From assembly GCA_951406725.2 (NCBI GenBank), contig OX597825.1, positions 14,818,001 through 14,882,000 of the forward strand: a stretch of DNA of 64,000 nt, written 5' to 3'. Made by a program: the position numbers and the translations under genes. The notes under the pieces are model-generated. The model searched no databases, was not told the DNA's origin, and worked only from the letters and a program-made list of their open reading frames with translations. This DNA is from Octopus vulgaris. Its lineage: Eukaryota. Shown piece by piece: positions 28,146-41,090 of the stretch; the stretch's first letter is position 1, and every line of letters begins with the position of its first letter.

Positions 28146-30644
28146 TTAAAAAAGATGAAATATTGCATTTAGGCGGCCAACGTTGGATCTGGACACTTTA
28201 ATGTCTATTGTAAATTAATCTTTGTCTTAAAATTCGTTGTTATTAAATGGATGAGGATCTTTTGAAGCAATGTGAACGTATGAAAGAATTTACACCATCG
28301 AGGACATTGGTCTCTAATTTGTGCGATTGCATGTACAAAGAGGTGAAAAATACGGTGAAATATAAAGTGGAGAGAAGTGAAGTTGAGCGTAATTGAAATT
28401 GTACATATGGTGTGTATCACAGTAGGTAGAACGTGCACAAGTGTGCTTCGCTGCGCGCACGTGTGTGTGTTTGTGTGTATGTGTGTGTGTATTTATGTAT
28501 GTGTGTGTGTGTGTTTCTGTTTGTGTGTGTAAGTGTGTGGCTCCCAGGAAATAATAGGGACGATATATGTAGTCTACGCTAGCATGAGCAGTGGATGGTT
28601 TCCTCTCATGCATGTGCATTAGATTTCAATTACTTTTAATGAGTTTTGGTTTTATAAAAAAACATATTCTGTTTTGCCTCTTGAGTGGAAGACAATTATT
28701 TCGTAGAGTTTTAAACATCACTGCAATGTGTACTCCCCTCCATTGTAAAATTCGGTTGGAGTGAGTATATTGCAATTCAGAATGTACCATGTGTTATTGG
28801 ATTCGATGCTTAAGATGTGTTTTTTTGGAGAGGCATTTACATGGAGTTATGGCACAAATAAATTGTGCGATAGTTTTCTCTAGTTCGTGCTGAATTGATA
28901 GTGTAGATTCTATTATGTTATATAATGGCGTCGGCTATTATGAGTCGCATGAAGAGAGTTTAGTAAATTCTCTATTTGTCTTAGGTGGGTGTCTGAGATT
29001 TCTATATTTTCCAAAACAATGTATTGGCCACCAGTAAAAGTTCTAGAATCTATTAAGCAATGGATCGTAGATAGGTTGAGATGAGAAATATTTCTTACGA
29101 TGGAAATTTGTGTGTGTGTCTATGTGTTACTTTTGCAAATTATAGACTTTATAATATAGTACACCTGCAAATATTTGCTTTTCCATTCTTATAATTCATT
29201 ATTCAATATGGAGAATTGCTGTAACCTACGATTACGAGATCATTATCCCGTTACAGACCCACCCAAAGGGAAAAAAATTGCTTCATTTCAGGCTGGAGAG
29301 TAAAAAAGTTAATACTGTGTTGGTCACCAATGAGGAACCGCTTTCAGTGTATTGATATGGAACGGAATGCGAAAAGATTGCTTTTGGTCATATGGTGCTT
29401 TTATAAGTAATGATTGAATTCGCGGCTGGTATTTCTATGTCAATTCTTACTTCGCTGATTTCTGAGTGATGGATTGGAAGCCGTCGTAAGATTTCATCAC
29501 AAATAGTTTCCTAATTAAGACTTGATAGTATATTTTGATACGTTTATCAAATTATACGAGCTAGGGTTTCTCTGTGTCAAAAAGCGATTTACTGTAAGTG
29601 GATATTGATAAGCTAGCTACTTATATCAAAATTAGTGAAAATGGGAATACTTTCGATTTATGTATACTTAGACTAAAACAATCCTGCATACACCTACAAT
29701 CCGAAGTTTAAGATAAATTGCAGCTAACAAATAAAAGGAGGCAGTTTGATTGAATATAAATAGTTTGAATATAATAGTCTGAATCCAAGAGTGAGCGACC
29801 TTCTGCAATACAGTTCGCATGATAAACATAGCATTATGGAACCTACTTATGATCATTCTTTACGACAAATACTGATAGATAATTTGTATTAATTATATTA
29901 CAGCTTAATTTCATTATAAATTTAAAGCACATTCACAAGGCAGTAATATAATTCTTGAGCAAAATATATATTTAAAGAACAACATAAGGAAAAATTAATG
30001 ACACTCTAATAACGAATGCAAAGGAGCTTATAGAAGCCAATTAAATTTTATAGCTGTCTTTCTATCGTAGATTTCCTTTTTAATAACATTATTTAGTGAG
30101 AGAGTACTTTTATGGACATCAGATGGGAGATATTATTTTACATATAATTGTAGTTAATAGAGTCGTGTAATTATTCAAAATGCGTGTGAATTCAATGTCA
30201 GAGAGGACAGAAAGGGTGGTTCTGCACAACAAAATATTTAGTACATATACAATTTCACACAGATGTATTATTTGAGAAATTAATATTTCAGTAGGTTCAT
30301 AGATATTTAGGGACACAATATCGAAAACAAATGATGTGAAGCGTGTAAATCTAAGATTGATGAGTTGGTCACGCGTAATATAGAACAAATCATGCGTTCA
30401 ACTAAAAGGTATTCCCTTCTGAATCCAAGAGTGAGATTCGGTTACAAATACTTAATCATGATAGCAAACACAGCTGATGGAAATGCAACTAATGTTATTT
30501 CTCATATTACGAAACATTAAACACGAATATCCTGAGAAGCAGAAAGCTACTTTTTTTTTCCATCTGATGGCAAAGCAAAGTCAGATATGTTGAAAACGTC
30601 ATTCGTGTCATTCGACCTGTAAAACAATCATAGATGTATGTATA

Positions 30645-30728
<84 letters not shown>

Positions 30729-30735
30729 ATATATA

Positions 30736-30793
<58 letters not shown>

Positions 30794-30939
30794 TTATATA
30801 TATATATATGTATATATCTATTTATATATATATGTATATATCTATATATATATGTATATATATATATGTATATATCTAAATATATATGTATATATCTATC
30901 TATATATGTATATATCTATATATATATGTATATATCTAC

Positions 30940-30989
<50 letters not shown>

Positions 30990-31062
30990 ATATGAACATT
31001 TATGGGTGTGTATATCTGTATCCAAGTATGTATGATACATTGCGTATGAAATATACAAATAT

Positions 31063-31640
31063 ACAGGGTGCGATGGGTAAATTGTCACTATTTGATGTTT
31101 TTAATTTAGAGCAAGCGCTTTGTTTGTTTTTGATTTTGTCGACTACACAGTATAGTACGGTCAGTTGGGCACCGTCTGCAAGCAAAACAGTACCATGACA
31201 CAATTCACCCTGCCAGCAATTAGGAAACTACATGCTGTACTGCTTGGCTTTCGTCCCGGAAGCTTCAATACGAACACTTCAAAATTTGTTTTTTAGTTGT
31301 CAATCTGAAGAAGGCGCAATCTGAAAACATGTACCGAGAGTGATAAAAGTCAAACTTCAAATCAATATCATGGTATTTGGAGTGATCACTAGTGATGGCG
31401 ATGTTATGTCTACATTCGTCTTCTCACATGGCCTCAAATTGGCCCGTAGGAGGTAGCGCAGGCCTGGATCAAAATGGTGGCTGATGGAAGACCCTATGTC
31501 TGACAACAGGACTCTCAACCACGTCACATAAGCAGGAGGACCCAGTCATAGCTGACAGACAATTTCTGTGAACACATCAACCCTGACATCTGGCCACCTG
31601 ATTCCCGAGACTGCGACCCCTTTGATTATTATATGTTGGA
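31063..31640 (+). mobile_element. Tc1/mariner superfamily (maT/DD37D-like) transposon remnant, 5' TIR plus catalytic-domain fragments
   Basis: TA|cagggtgcg TIR-like start; IMVFGVITSDGDVMSTFVFSHGLK, GRPYV*QQDSQPRHISRRTQS*LTDNFCEHINPDIWPPDSRDCDPFDYY (cf. QQDSAPxH ... WPPxSPDxNPxDY). Confidence 0.88.
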
Positions 31641-31679
31641 AACCTCATTCGTGTCAATACAACCTGTAAAACAATCATG

Positions 31680-31751
<72 letters not shown>

Positions 31752-31899
31752 CAAGGAAAACTAATGCAAAACACGATCAAAACAAAGAACTGTTTTCTGT
31801 ATTTTAGGAACCTGAGAAATAAAAAAAGGACTTCATAGTACCTAACAACTATGAAGAAAGAGAGGAAACAACAAAAGCTGTAAAACAACTGAAATCCAA

Positions 31900-32720
31900 T
31901 CTAAACTTGAAACAGGAACGTGTTATAACACGATGGCAAAAATAGCCCTTACATGGTAAGTATTAGGTTAATCTAAACAGAAAAGAAATAAACAAAGCAA
32001 AATCCCATCAATGGCTGAGAAGCTCAGGAAGCAAAGGAGGGACTGAAGGATTTAATTGCAGCACAAGTTCAAAGGCTTCCCACTAGGAATCACGAAAAAC
32101 ATATAATGGAAAGAAATATAAGTGACTGCAGAATATGTGGTGATGGAGAAGAAACAATAAATTTTCTGGCTGCCCAGTCCTGGTTTAGAAGGAATATATT
32201 CACAGACATGACAGAGTTGGGACCAATATACACTGAAATATGTGCCAACACTATGGAATAACAACATAAAAAAAGATGGAATAGACATTCCAGATAACGT
32301 CATAGAAAATTATAGAGAAACAATACTCTGGGATATGCCAATGCATACAGGTAGCGAAATTAAGGCTAATAAGCTGGATATAATTGTCAGAGATTCCAAG
32401 GAAAAATGCTTTCTAATCGATGTATCAATACCAACAGACAACAAGGTTTCTGTAAAAGAAACGGAGAAACTTTCAAAATATAAAGATCTGGAAATAGAGG
32501 TAGCTCGAACGTGGATCCTAAAAACAGAAACAATTCCTATCATAGTTGATGCATTAGGTATGATAAAAAATATTCAGACAAGACACCAGATATTACAAGT
32601 ATAGAGAACTTACAATACAGTGAAAATAAGAGCACCACAATAAATCACAGTACATACCCAAGACATACAGAGCTGCGCTTGATAATACAGTGAAAGCACG
32701 TGATAAAAATAAGATTTCTT
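31900..32720 (+). mobile_element. R4/Dong-clade non-LTR retrotransposon C-terminus (zinc knuckle and restriction-like endonuclease), decayed
   Basis: CRICGDGEETIN..EYIHRHDRV; TILWDMPMHTGSEIKANKLDIIVRD..CFLIDVSIPTDNKVSVKETEKLSKYKDLEIE..PIIVDALG (RLE PD..D and KxxKY motifs). Confidence 0.88.
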
Positions 32721-32854
32721 AATAATAGTGATGATGATAACACACGGAGCTCTGGCAGGTGATGCAGCAGAAATTTGCCTCAATTTACTAAATATTGAAC
32801 AGTTATACAATAATTATAATAATAATGATAATAATATTAATAATAATAATTCTG

Positions 32855-33035
32855 TGAGCTGGCAGAATCGTTAGAATCTTTAGTCGCATTTCATCTATTT
32901 TTTACGTTCTGAGATCATATTCTCTCGCGGTCGACCTTTCGTCCTTTCGGAGGGGATAAAATAAGTACTTTTTAAGCGCTGCTGTGATGTAATCGACTTA
33001 CACCTTCCTAGCTTTGCACCAAAATCTGAAACCAC
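32855..33035 (+). mobile_element. Degenerate family-B SINE
   Basis: gagctggcagaatcgttag...ttacgttctgag...gtcgacc...cctttcgg...gataaaataagtac...gatgtaatcgactta. Confidence 0.75.
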
Positions 33036-33072
33036 CATTACTACTACTACCACTAATAATAATAATAATAAA

Positions 33073-33627
33073 TGCCCTGATGCAGTACCAGGCAGTGGCT
33101 CTCATGGCTGCTGATCTTAACTGATTGGAAGTGTTATCACGTACATTGTTTTGTCTTGGTATAAAAGATGGGCTACAGCAAATATTCTGCTCAATACCAC
33201 AGATTTACTTGTCGGTTGTTTGACCTTAACCAGTTGAGCATGTCCCTTGGTGGCCGACGATATGTGCATCTCTGATCATGAGCAGAAGTAGTGGGGGAGC
33301 ATCATAGCCGTATGCTGAAAGGAATGTTTAGAGGTTTGGCTCATTCACTTTTGGAAACATGGGTGGTTCGCTCAACATCCCGAAACAATCCTTATTCAGG
33401 GACCTTTTGAGTGGGATGGGCTACTCAACCAGAAGAAAATTTTACCTGGGCCCCACCTGCAAGGTCATGCACTGTTTATCTTGATATGAGATCGGCATGT
33501 TGCGCACATATGGTTGTGATGCATGTGCCTGGTGTACCCTTATCAGACGGATAGTCATGATGGGTATATTGGGCTTCGTATATTTTACCCCAGTGTCACT
33601 TTGATGGCATGCACTGCTCTCTCACTC
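33073..33627 (+). mobile_element. ~555-bp non-coding, GC-richer insert bounded by (AAT)n on both sides; probable (TAA)n-targeting retroelement 3' UTR or non-autonomous element
   Basis: Sharp composition change, with (AAT)n immediately before 33073 and a long (AAT)n from 33628 to ~33708; no second copy in the window. Confidence 0.5.
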
Positions 33628-33711
<84 letters not shown>

Positions 33712-34956
33712 GCTTCTACTGCAGCTGCTTTTGTCGATATTGCTTTTTGGAATCGTTCATCTTGGATTTATGCGAACGATCACTACGATAGGACTGCCCA
33801 GCTTTTTCGTAAAGGAGTAACCGTTACACTTACTGAATACATTGTCGATTGTATACTACTTTCCAATAATGCAAGGGTCGATTTTGCTTCTTATTATGCA
33901 AATATCAGTCTTTCATATACTAATAGTAATATATTGTATTTGATTCTATCGACAACATCTGCATATGCTTTATAGGAGATATGGCTGTCTGCTTACGCAA
34001 GATAAATAATCATATTTATTTCACCTACACATATTTTCCGAGAAGAAATTCGATGTAAATTTGAATGAGAATTAAATCCACGATAAACAGTCAACATAGA
34101 GTGAAGAACGTTCTCGTAGAATATTAGATTTTCTAATATTCGGTTCTAATACTTGCAATTCTTGGATAAACATGACATTCCAATACATTATTTTTCATGT
34201 GTAACCTTTATGTTTAACATTCCTTTCTTGTATTTATCTTATATCAAAGCTCAAGAGCTTTCCAAAGTACGAGGCTAAGTTATCTGCAGTGAATTAATAT
34301 GTCTGAGTTTAGCTTTCAACATTCCTAATCTCCTGCAAAACAAACTAAAACACAGAATTTACCCTATTATCAACTGAATTTCTTTTAATGTCATGAGGTA
34401 GCCTACTTGTCATCGTAACTGCTTAATGCATTTACATTTTCTAAGCAGTGAGTAACGCCACAATCCACCGTCACTCAAGGGAAATGAATTTGATTTTTTT
34501 CCACGTCGTAATGCGTTCTGATTTAAAAGGAAGTTTTAGCAGAGTTTCTGTAAAGCAGTTCATTTGTTATTAAACAGTTTTCTACCATGAAAGCACAATA
34601 AAGTTATGACAAATTGCATAGGAATTTGTTAATCGAAATTGAATCGCTTCCTTGCTGATGTTTTAGTGCGTTTTATGCAGTTTTGATGGTAGTGTACATA
34701 TGACATTATAAACTAAAAGTCAATGTTTCGAATTCAACACCTGTCTATAACCAAAAGATTAATAACATGTATACGAACTATAAAAATATATATATATAAA
34801 TACAAACGATGGTGGAATTGATACATTAAATGTTCCGTATAGGGATTATCACCTGTTTTCGGACATAAAAATATAATATGATGTACATGCACTTACAAGT
34901 GATACACCTTCTGATCTTATTCTTTCAAACAGGGAATATATGTCAAGTTTTTAAAA

Positions 34957-35266
34957 TTTTTTTATGCGCCCTTTTCAAGCCTAGCCAGGCTCATAGGCCC
35001 CGTTTCCTGGTTTCTATGGCGTATGTGTTCCCCCCAGCTGGGCGGGACGCTAGTCCATCGCAGCGTCACTCAAGAAACAAGAAGAAAGAGTGAGAGAAAG
35101 TTGGGGCGAAAGAGTACAATAGGGGTTGTCACCAGCCCCTGCCGGAGCCTCGTGCTGCTTTAGGTGTTTTCGCTCAATAAATACACACCACACCCGGTCT
35201 GGGAATCGAAACCGCGTTCCTCCGACCACGAGTCCGCTGCCCTAACTGCTGGGCCATTGCGCCTCC
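34957..35266 (-). mobile_element. Family-C tRNA-derived SINE (ggaggcgcaatggcccag head), tail type 1, poly-A end
   Basis: Minus strand: ggaggcgcaatggcccagcagttagggcagcggactcg...ggtttcgattcccagaccggg...gagcgaaaacacctaaagc; ends gggcgcataaaaaaa. Confidence 0.9.
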
Positions 35267-38200
35267 ATATGTCATGTAGTTTATAAATTTAAAATAATGA
35301 GCACATTTTATCAATTTGAATTAAAGAAATAATTGCCATAAGGACAAATCTATGCCTAAAAGAGGAAGATAACTTGGGATTACTTGATAGGTAGCCGAAT
35401 TTCTAAGATCTTGTCTTTGAAAAGTGCCCTTGTTGGTTTTGCTGTTTTTCTAAATAGCGTCACTAAAATAAGAACGAGTTCCTCAACAAGTAGGTTCTTT
35501 TCGGAACCAGAATGTACTTTAACCTTCTGCAACTCTCATGATTCTACAAAACTTAGGCGTAACCCAAAATGACGAAATTGCGCATATCTCTCCTCCACTT
35601 ATCACGAATATATTCCTCTCCATCCCAAGCCCCACATTTGGCACAACAGCCGTAACTTCGTCTCCTTCTTCAATCCGATCTCCGCAGTTATTCTTCTTGC
35701 AACTATTGATTTGAAGTTGCGTAAGGAAAAGGGTTAACTGAATTGATTACAATATATACACCTGTAAGAAAGTTATTTCCATTGGACCAATCAATAAAAA
35801 TACCCAGATTAGTTCAGCTACAGTGGCCAATATCACATAATCCTCTATCAGTTTTTATCAAATACATCGACATATTTCAGTAAATTTCTAGCGATCATAT
35901 GGTTCTCAATAACATGATGATTACTTTTAAGAGAATCCTACAACGAAAGTAGAATTCATTTAATATATATTCACCTATGAATAGATATGATATATATCAA
36001 CATAAGTGAGACAAAACCTAAGTGTAAACGAAACATAAGCAACCAGAAAAATGTATCTTAAATATTAAGATTTCTTTCTTTCGCATGATATTACATTCTG
36101 GCATTCAATATGATGAATCTATTGTAATTTCGCCGATCGTTTGATAGATGTATATACTTACATAACAAAAAAATATATCACCCAAATTTCAAGATATAAT
36201 AACATAGAGTTAAATACATGGGCAACGTTTTTTTTACGCACAATTTATAGAGATGTATAATATTACTATAAATCTGATATTTATTTTATTATTGGCTTGT
36301 TTCTGTTTATTTTTTTTTATTATTTCCAATACGGAATTTTCTCGGCATATTCAGATATATTTGATATCCCGTTTGGTTAAGTCGATTATTCAGAATAACA
36401 CATTTTCATTGCTAACTATTATATTCACCTATTAATTTCAAGTAATATCATGTTTTGATCGAAGTATGAGGCTTTAGATTTTGCTTGCCTGTCTTACATA
36501 TTCTGGAAGTAAAATTGATATAGCAAGCGCAGCAAAAAGAAAAATAAATAATAATCATATACAGTACATTAACTGTAATCTTATTCAACTGTTAGTGGAA
36601 AAACAGGAAACGTCTGATAGTAGTTGAAATTGGCCTAAGGACTACGATGAGGTCAATGTGTAAATAATCTTTGGATTGATCTAATGTTTCTTACGACTGT
36701 AACTACATCAGAGAGCTGCTTACATATATCTCGAGGAACAAAACGTAAGGATGTTTAGGAAATCGATATTGTTACAAGGCTCTGCAATAATCGATAACGA
36801 TTCAATAAATTCAAGTGATAGTTGATGTGAGTAACGCTCTAGATATCAAGTGATATTTAACGTTAACTAGCCTCTGGATAACAACTTATATTAAATTATT
36901 ATCCTCTCATAATCATCTTTTGTTATATGATTAATCTATCACAGAACATTACTGGTATTCAATTTATTACCATCAGCCTTTCTTGAAATTGAAAGTAATG
37001 AAGTTTATATTACCAAATTTTCATTCCTCCTTTACTATTCCTTCCATCATATTTAATATAGTATTATTGATTTTAGATTTAACAAGGTGCAAGTCCAATA
37101 TTTGCAGTCAAGCAGTATCTTAATCGACTCATTCCATCTTTCCCACTATATTAAGGGTGCTCATTATATTTAGGGCAGTTAAATGTAAGAACAATAAATT
37201 CATCTTACACCAATATTTGGTAACCGATCGTAGTCGTAGGAAATTAATACTCTCCAATAATATACGATTTCTCTATAATCTCATCGCGGTTTACTCTGAT
37301 CTATTATAGAATTTCTTCTATGTAGAACAGAGATTCGGCAGAATAGTAAATCTAACGTAATGGTTTATATCATTTAGTTGTAACAATCCACTTTCTCGTT
37401 TCGATTCTAGCTGACATGGACATATATTTTACTCGCGTCATTTCATCGATAAAATTAGTAGCTGTCCAGAATTCGGGTCAATTTGATCGTCTAAAATATT
37501 CCTCCAAATTCTGTAGCCCTATGCCTATATCGGAAATCACTTTTTAAATCCTTTATTTAACATGTGAATTAGTATACTGGAGATTTGTCCTCATCCCTCT
37601 GCCCTACTGTTTTCAAATATGGATGCAGGCAGTGTCAAATTAACAGTGGAATACGAGACTATTCTGCGGTCCTCCTCAACGAAATAGTTGAGCTACCGTA
37701 AGAGAATGGTTGCGTCTCTGCTCCAAAGAGCAAAGACGAGTGATATATGTAGTGGTATATGCTAAAGAGACTTGCATAAATATTAACATCGTGAGTTATA
37801 CTAGCCCCCAAATGCATGCCTCTGTACTAGAATAAAGAGTAGTCAATGCAATAGCTTCGGATTCAAAAGAACATACGACTTGCTGAGAACACATAAGCAA
37901 CCTACTTGGAGATGGGGTATATATTTCCATGAAGATTTGGCTTCTCTATTCCAAGATGACATAAGAACCTACATGACAGCAAGAACTTTTCCACCACAAA
38001 GGGAACAATATCAAACTCCTTCAAAAGCCAGCCACCTGAGAATGTCCTTCGAAAGTTAATGATACTAGTGTTGCCTCATATATATATATATATATATATG
38101 TATATATTTATATGTGTATATATGTGTGTGTGTGTATATAATCAAAATAAGCAACATGATATCAAGTAGTGATGCAGTACGACCATTCCAAGCGGCTTCA

Positions 38201-39163
38201 GTTAACTGAACAATGCAATCAATGCATCAATCTAAATGCAATGCCATCTTCAGCTGCACAAATAAATAAATAGAATTTTAACAGGTAGGACACATTAATA
38301 TATTTTTTCTGATATATCTTAACAGGGCAAGAGGGAAGACATTCATGTTACTGCTATTGTAGCTAAGGAAAGATTACACTTCTGAGAATCGCATGAAGCT
38401 TATTGGGATCATAATGTTGTAAGAGATTGTAATTCATTTCTAATTCCTCGATCTCTTTATCAACTACTACATCTTAGATTACATGACTGTGTCTATTTTG
38501 AAATATGGTTATAAATTCATGACCATATGTAGCCATGAGCAACCAACTCACTCTATGCTTTTATTCATAACAGACAGTCTTCTAGCCTTAGAATTAGTAG
38601 CTGATAAAGAGAAAATGAATTAGGAATGAATTGCAATCCCTTACAACACTATGAGCACAATAGGCTTCATGCGAACCTTGGAAGTGTAGTCTGTTCTTAG
38701 CTACAAAGAAAAGCGGAAATTTGACAATATATGACTGCCTGAAAAATTAAAATACTGGAATGTAGAATTCGGTGCACATTCTCATAATTCATTACTTATA
38801 TTTCTCAATCGTCAACGCATATTTTTTCAACATTATGCTACCTCCTCTACTTGGAAATATGCTAAAATTTAATGTTTGCTGTACAAGAAAAATGACACCC
38901 TTTTTAGATTTAATCGATATATCATATCATGAAACATGCTTGCTCATCTGCGTATCAAATATTACACCCTTATATTAAAACAGTAGTTATAAAAATGATA
39001 TATTATTACTGTATGACAAGGTTACTAGCTCTACAAAGTTTAAATTATGAGAAAATATCTTAGAATCCTATTAAGCGTTGTATCACACCAAATGACAAAA
39101 GTACCATTCATGTCGCATGTATAAACAATTAGAAGACGTAATAGGAAAACCAAAGCAGAACAC

Positions 39164-39510
39164 GGAGCTGGCAGAATCATTAGCACGCTGGACGAAATTC
39201 TTAGCGTTATTTCGTCTGCCGTTACGTTCTGAGTTCAAATTCCGCCGAGGTCGACTTTGCCTTTCATCTTTTCGGGGTCAATGAAATAAGTACCAGTTAC
39301 GCACTGGGGTCGATTGAATCCACTATCACCATTTCCCCGAATTTCAGGCCTTGTGTCTATAGAAGTAAAGTATATTTTATTCTTTCGAGGTCGACTTTGC
39401 CTTTCATCCTTTCGGAGTCGATAGACAACTGCCAGTGCGTACTGGAGTCGATCTAATCGACTGGGCCCCTCCCCCAAAATTTCGGGCCTTGTGCCTAGAG
39501 TAGAAATGTA
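39164..39510 (+). mobile_element. Family-B SINE with partial body duplication and alternative tail (ggccttgtgcctagagtagaaa)
   Basis: gagctggcagaatcattagcacg...gagttcaaattccgccgaggtcgactttgcctttcatc; the gaggtcgactttgcc block occurs twice. Confidence 0.88.
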
Positions 39511-39750
39511 TAGGAAAATCAAAGCTATATAATGTTCCGCATAATATATTACTAAAATTATAAGAAGTTTAACTAAACGCATGTCTGTCCAAAATACAAT
39601 TGCTTTATATGATACATAATTTGGACCTGAAGTAAAAGATGTACCTCAAAACGTTTGTTGCAGGCAATTGATCTAGTTTCAGTCACGTCTATCTCATCAT
39701 CATCGTCGTCGTCGTCGTCAACGGCGTCGCCGTTGTCGTCGTCATCATTT

Positions 39751-41090
39751 GTCCACGGTTGTAACAATGAATTTTGCTCCACGGTTGCAACAATGAATTT
39801 TGCTCCACGGTTGTAACAAGGAATTTTGGTCCACGGTTGCAACAAGGAATTTTGGTCCACGGTTGTAACAAGGAATTTTGGTCCACGGTTGCAACAAGGA
39901 AATTTGGTCCACGGTTGCAACAAGGAATTTTGGTCCACGGTTGCTACAAGGAACTTTGGTCCACGGTTGCAACAATGAATTTTGGTCCACGGTTGCAACA
40001 AGGAATTTTGGTCCACGGTTGCACCAATGAATTTTGCTCCACTGTTGCAACAATTAATTTTGGTCGACGGTTGCAACAAGGAATTTTGGTCCAAGGTTGC
40101 AACAATGAATTTTGGTCCACGGTTGCAACAAGGAATTTTGGTCCACGGTTGCAACAAGGAATTTTGGTCCACGGTTGTAACAATGAATTTTGGTCCACGG
40201 TTGCAACAAGGAATTTTGGTCCACGGTTGCAACAAGGAATTTTGGTCCACGTTTGCAACAAGGAATTTTGGTCCACGGTTGAAACAAGGAATTTTGGTCC
40301 ACGGTTGCAACAAGGAATTTTGGTCCACGGTTGCAACAAGGAATTTTGGTCCACGGTTGCAACAATTAATTTTGGTCCACGGTTGCAACAAGGAATTTTA
40401 ATCCACGGTTGCAACAATGGATTTTGGTCCACGGTTGCAACAAGGAATTTTGGTCCACGGTTGCAACAAGGAATTTTGGTCCACGGTTGCAACAATTAAT
40501 TTTGGTCCACGGTTGCAACAAGGAATTTTAATCCACGGTTGCAACAATGGATTTTGGTCCACGGTTGCAACAAGGAATTTTGGTCCACGGTTGCAACAAG
40601 GAATTTTAATCCACGGTTGAAACAATTAATTTTGGTCCACGGTTGGAACAAGGAATTTTGGTCCACGGTTGCAACAAGGAATTTTGGTCCACGGTTGCAC
40701 CAATGAATTTTGATCCACTGTTGCAACAATTAATTTTGGTCGACGGTTGTAACAATGAATTTTGCTCCACGGTTGCAACAAGGAATTTTGGTCCACGGTT
40801 GTAACAATGAATTTTGGTCCCCGGTTGCAACAAGGAATTTTGGTCCACGGTTGCAACAAGGAATTTTGGTCCACGGTTGCAACAAGGAATTTTGGTCAAC
40901 GGTTGCAACAAGGAATTTTGGTCCACGGTTGCAACAAGGAATTTTGGTCCACGGTTGCAACAAGGAATTTTGGTCCACAGTTGCAACAATGAATTTTGGT
41001 CCAAGGTTGCAACAATGAATTTTGGTCCACGGTTGTAACAATGAATTTTGCTCCACGGTTGCAACAATGAATTTTGTTCCACAGTTGCAA
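39751..41090. repeat. 26-bp tandem satellite/minisatellite, ~51 copies (consensus GTCCACGGTTGCAACAAGGAATTTTG)
   Basis: Direct reading; no indels seen, substitutions only; generates the overlapping repetitive ORFs on both strands. Confidence 0.98.

Noticed and set aside
31305-31340. CTGAAGA...GAAAACATGTA hammerhead-like string
   Set aside because: There is no stem I, and it lies inside a DNA-transposon remnant.
39751-41090. Possible CRISPR array
   Set aside because: The repeats are contiguous with no unique spacers, there are no cas genes, and the context is eukaryotic.
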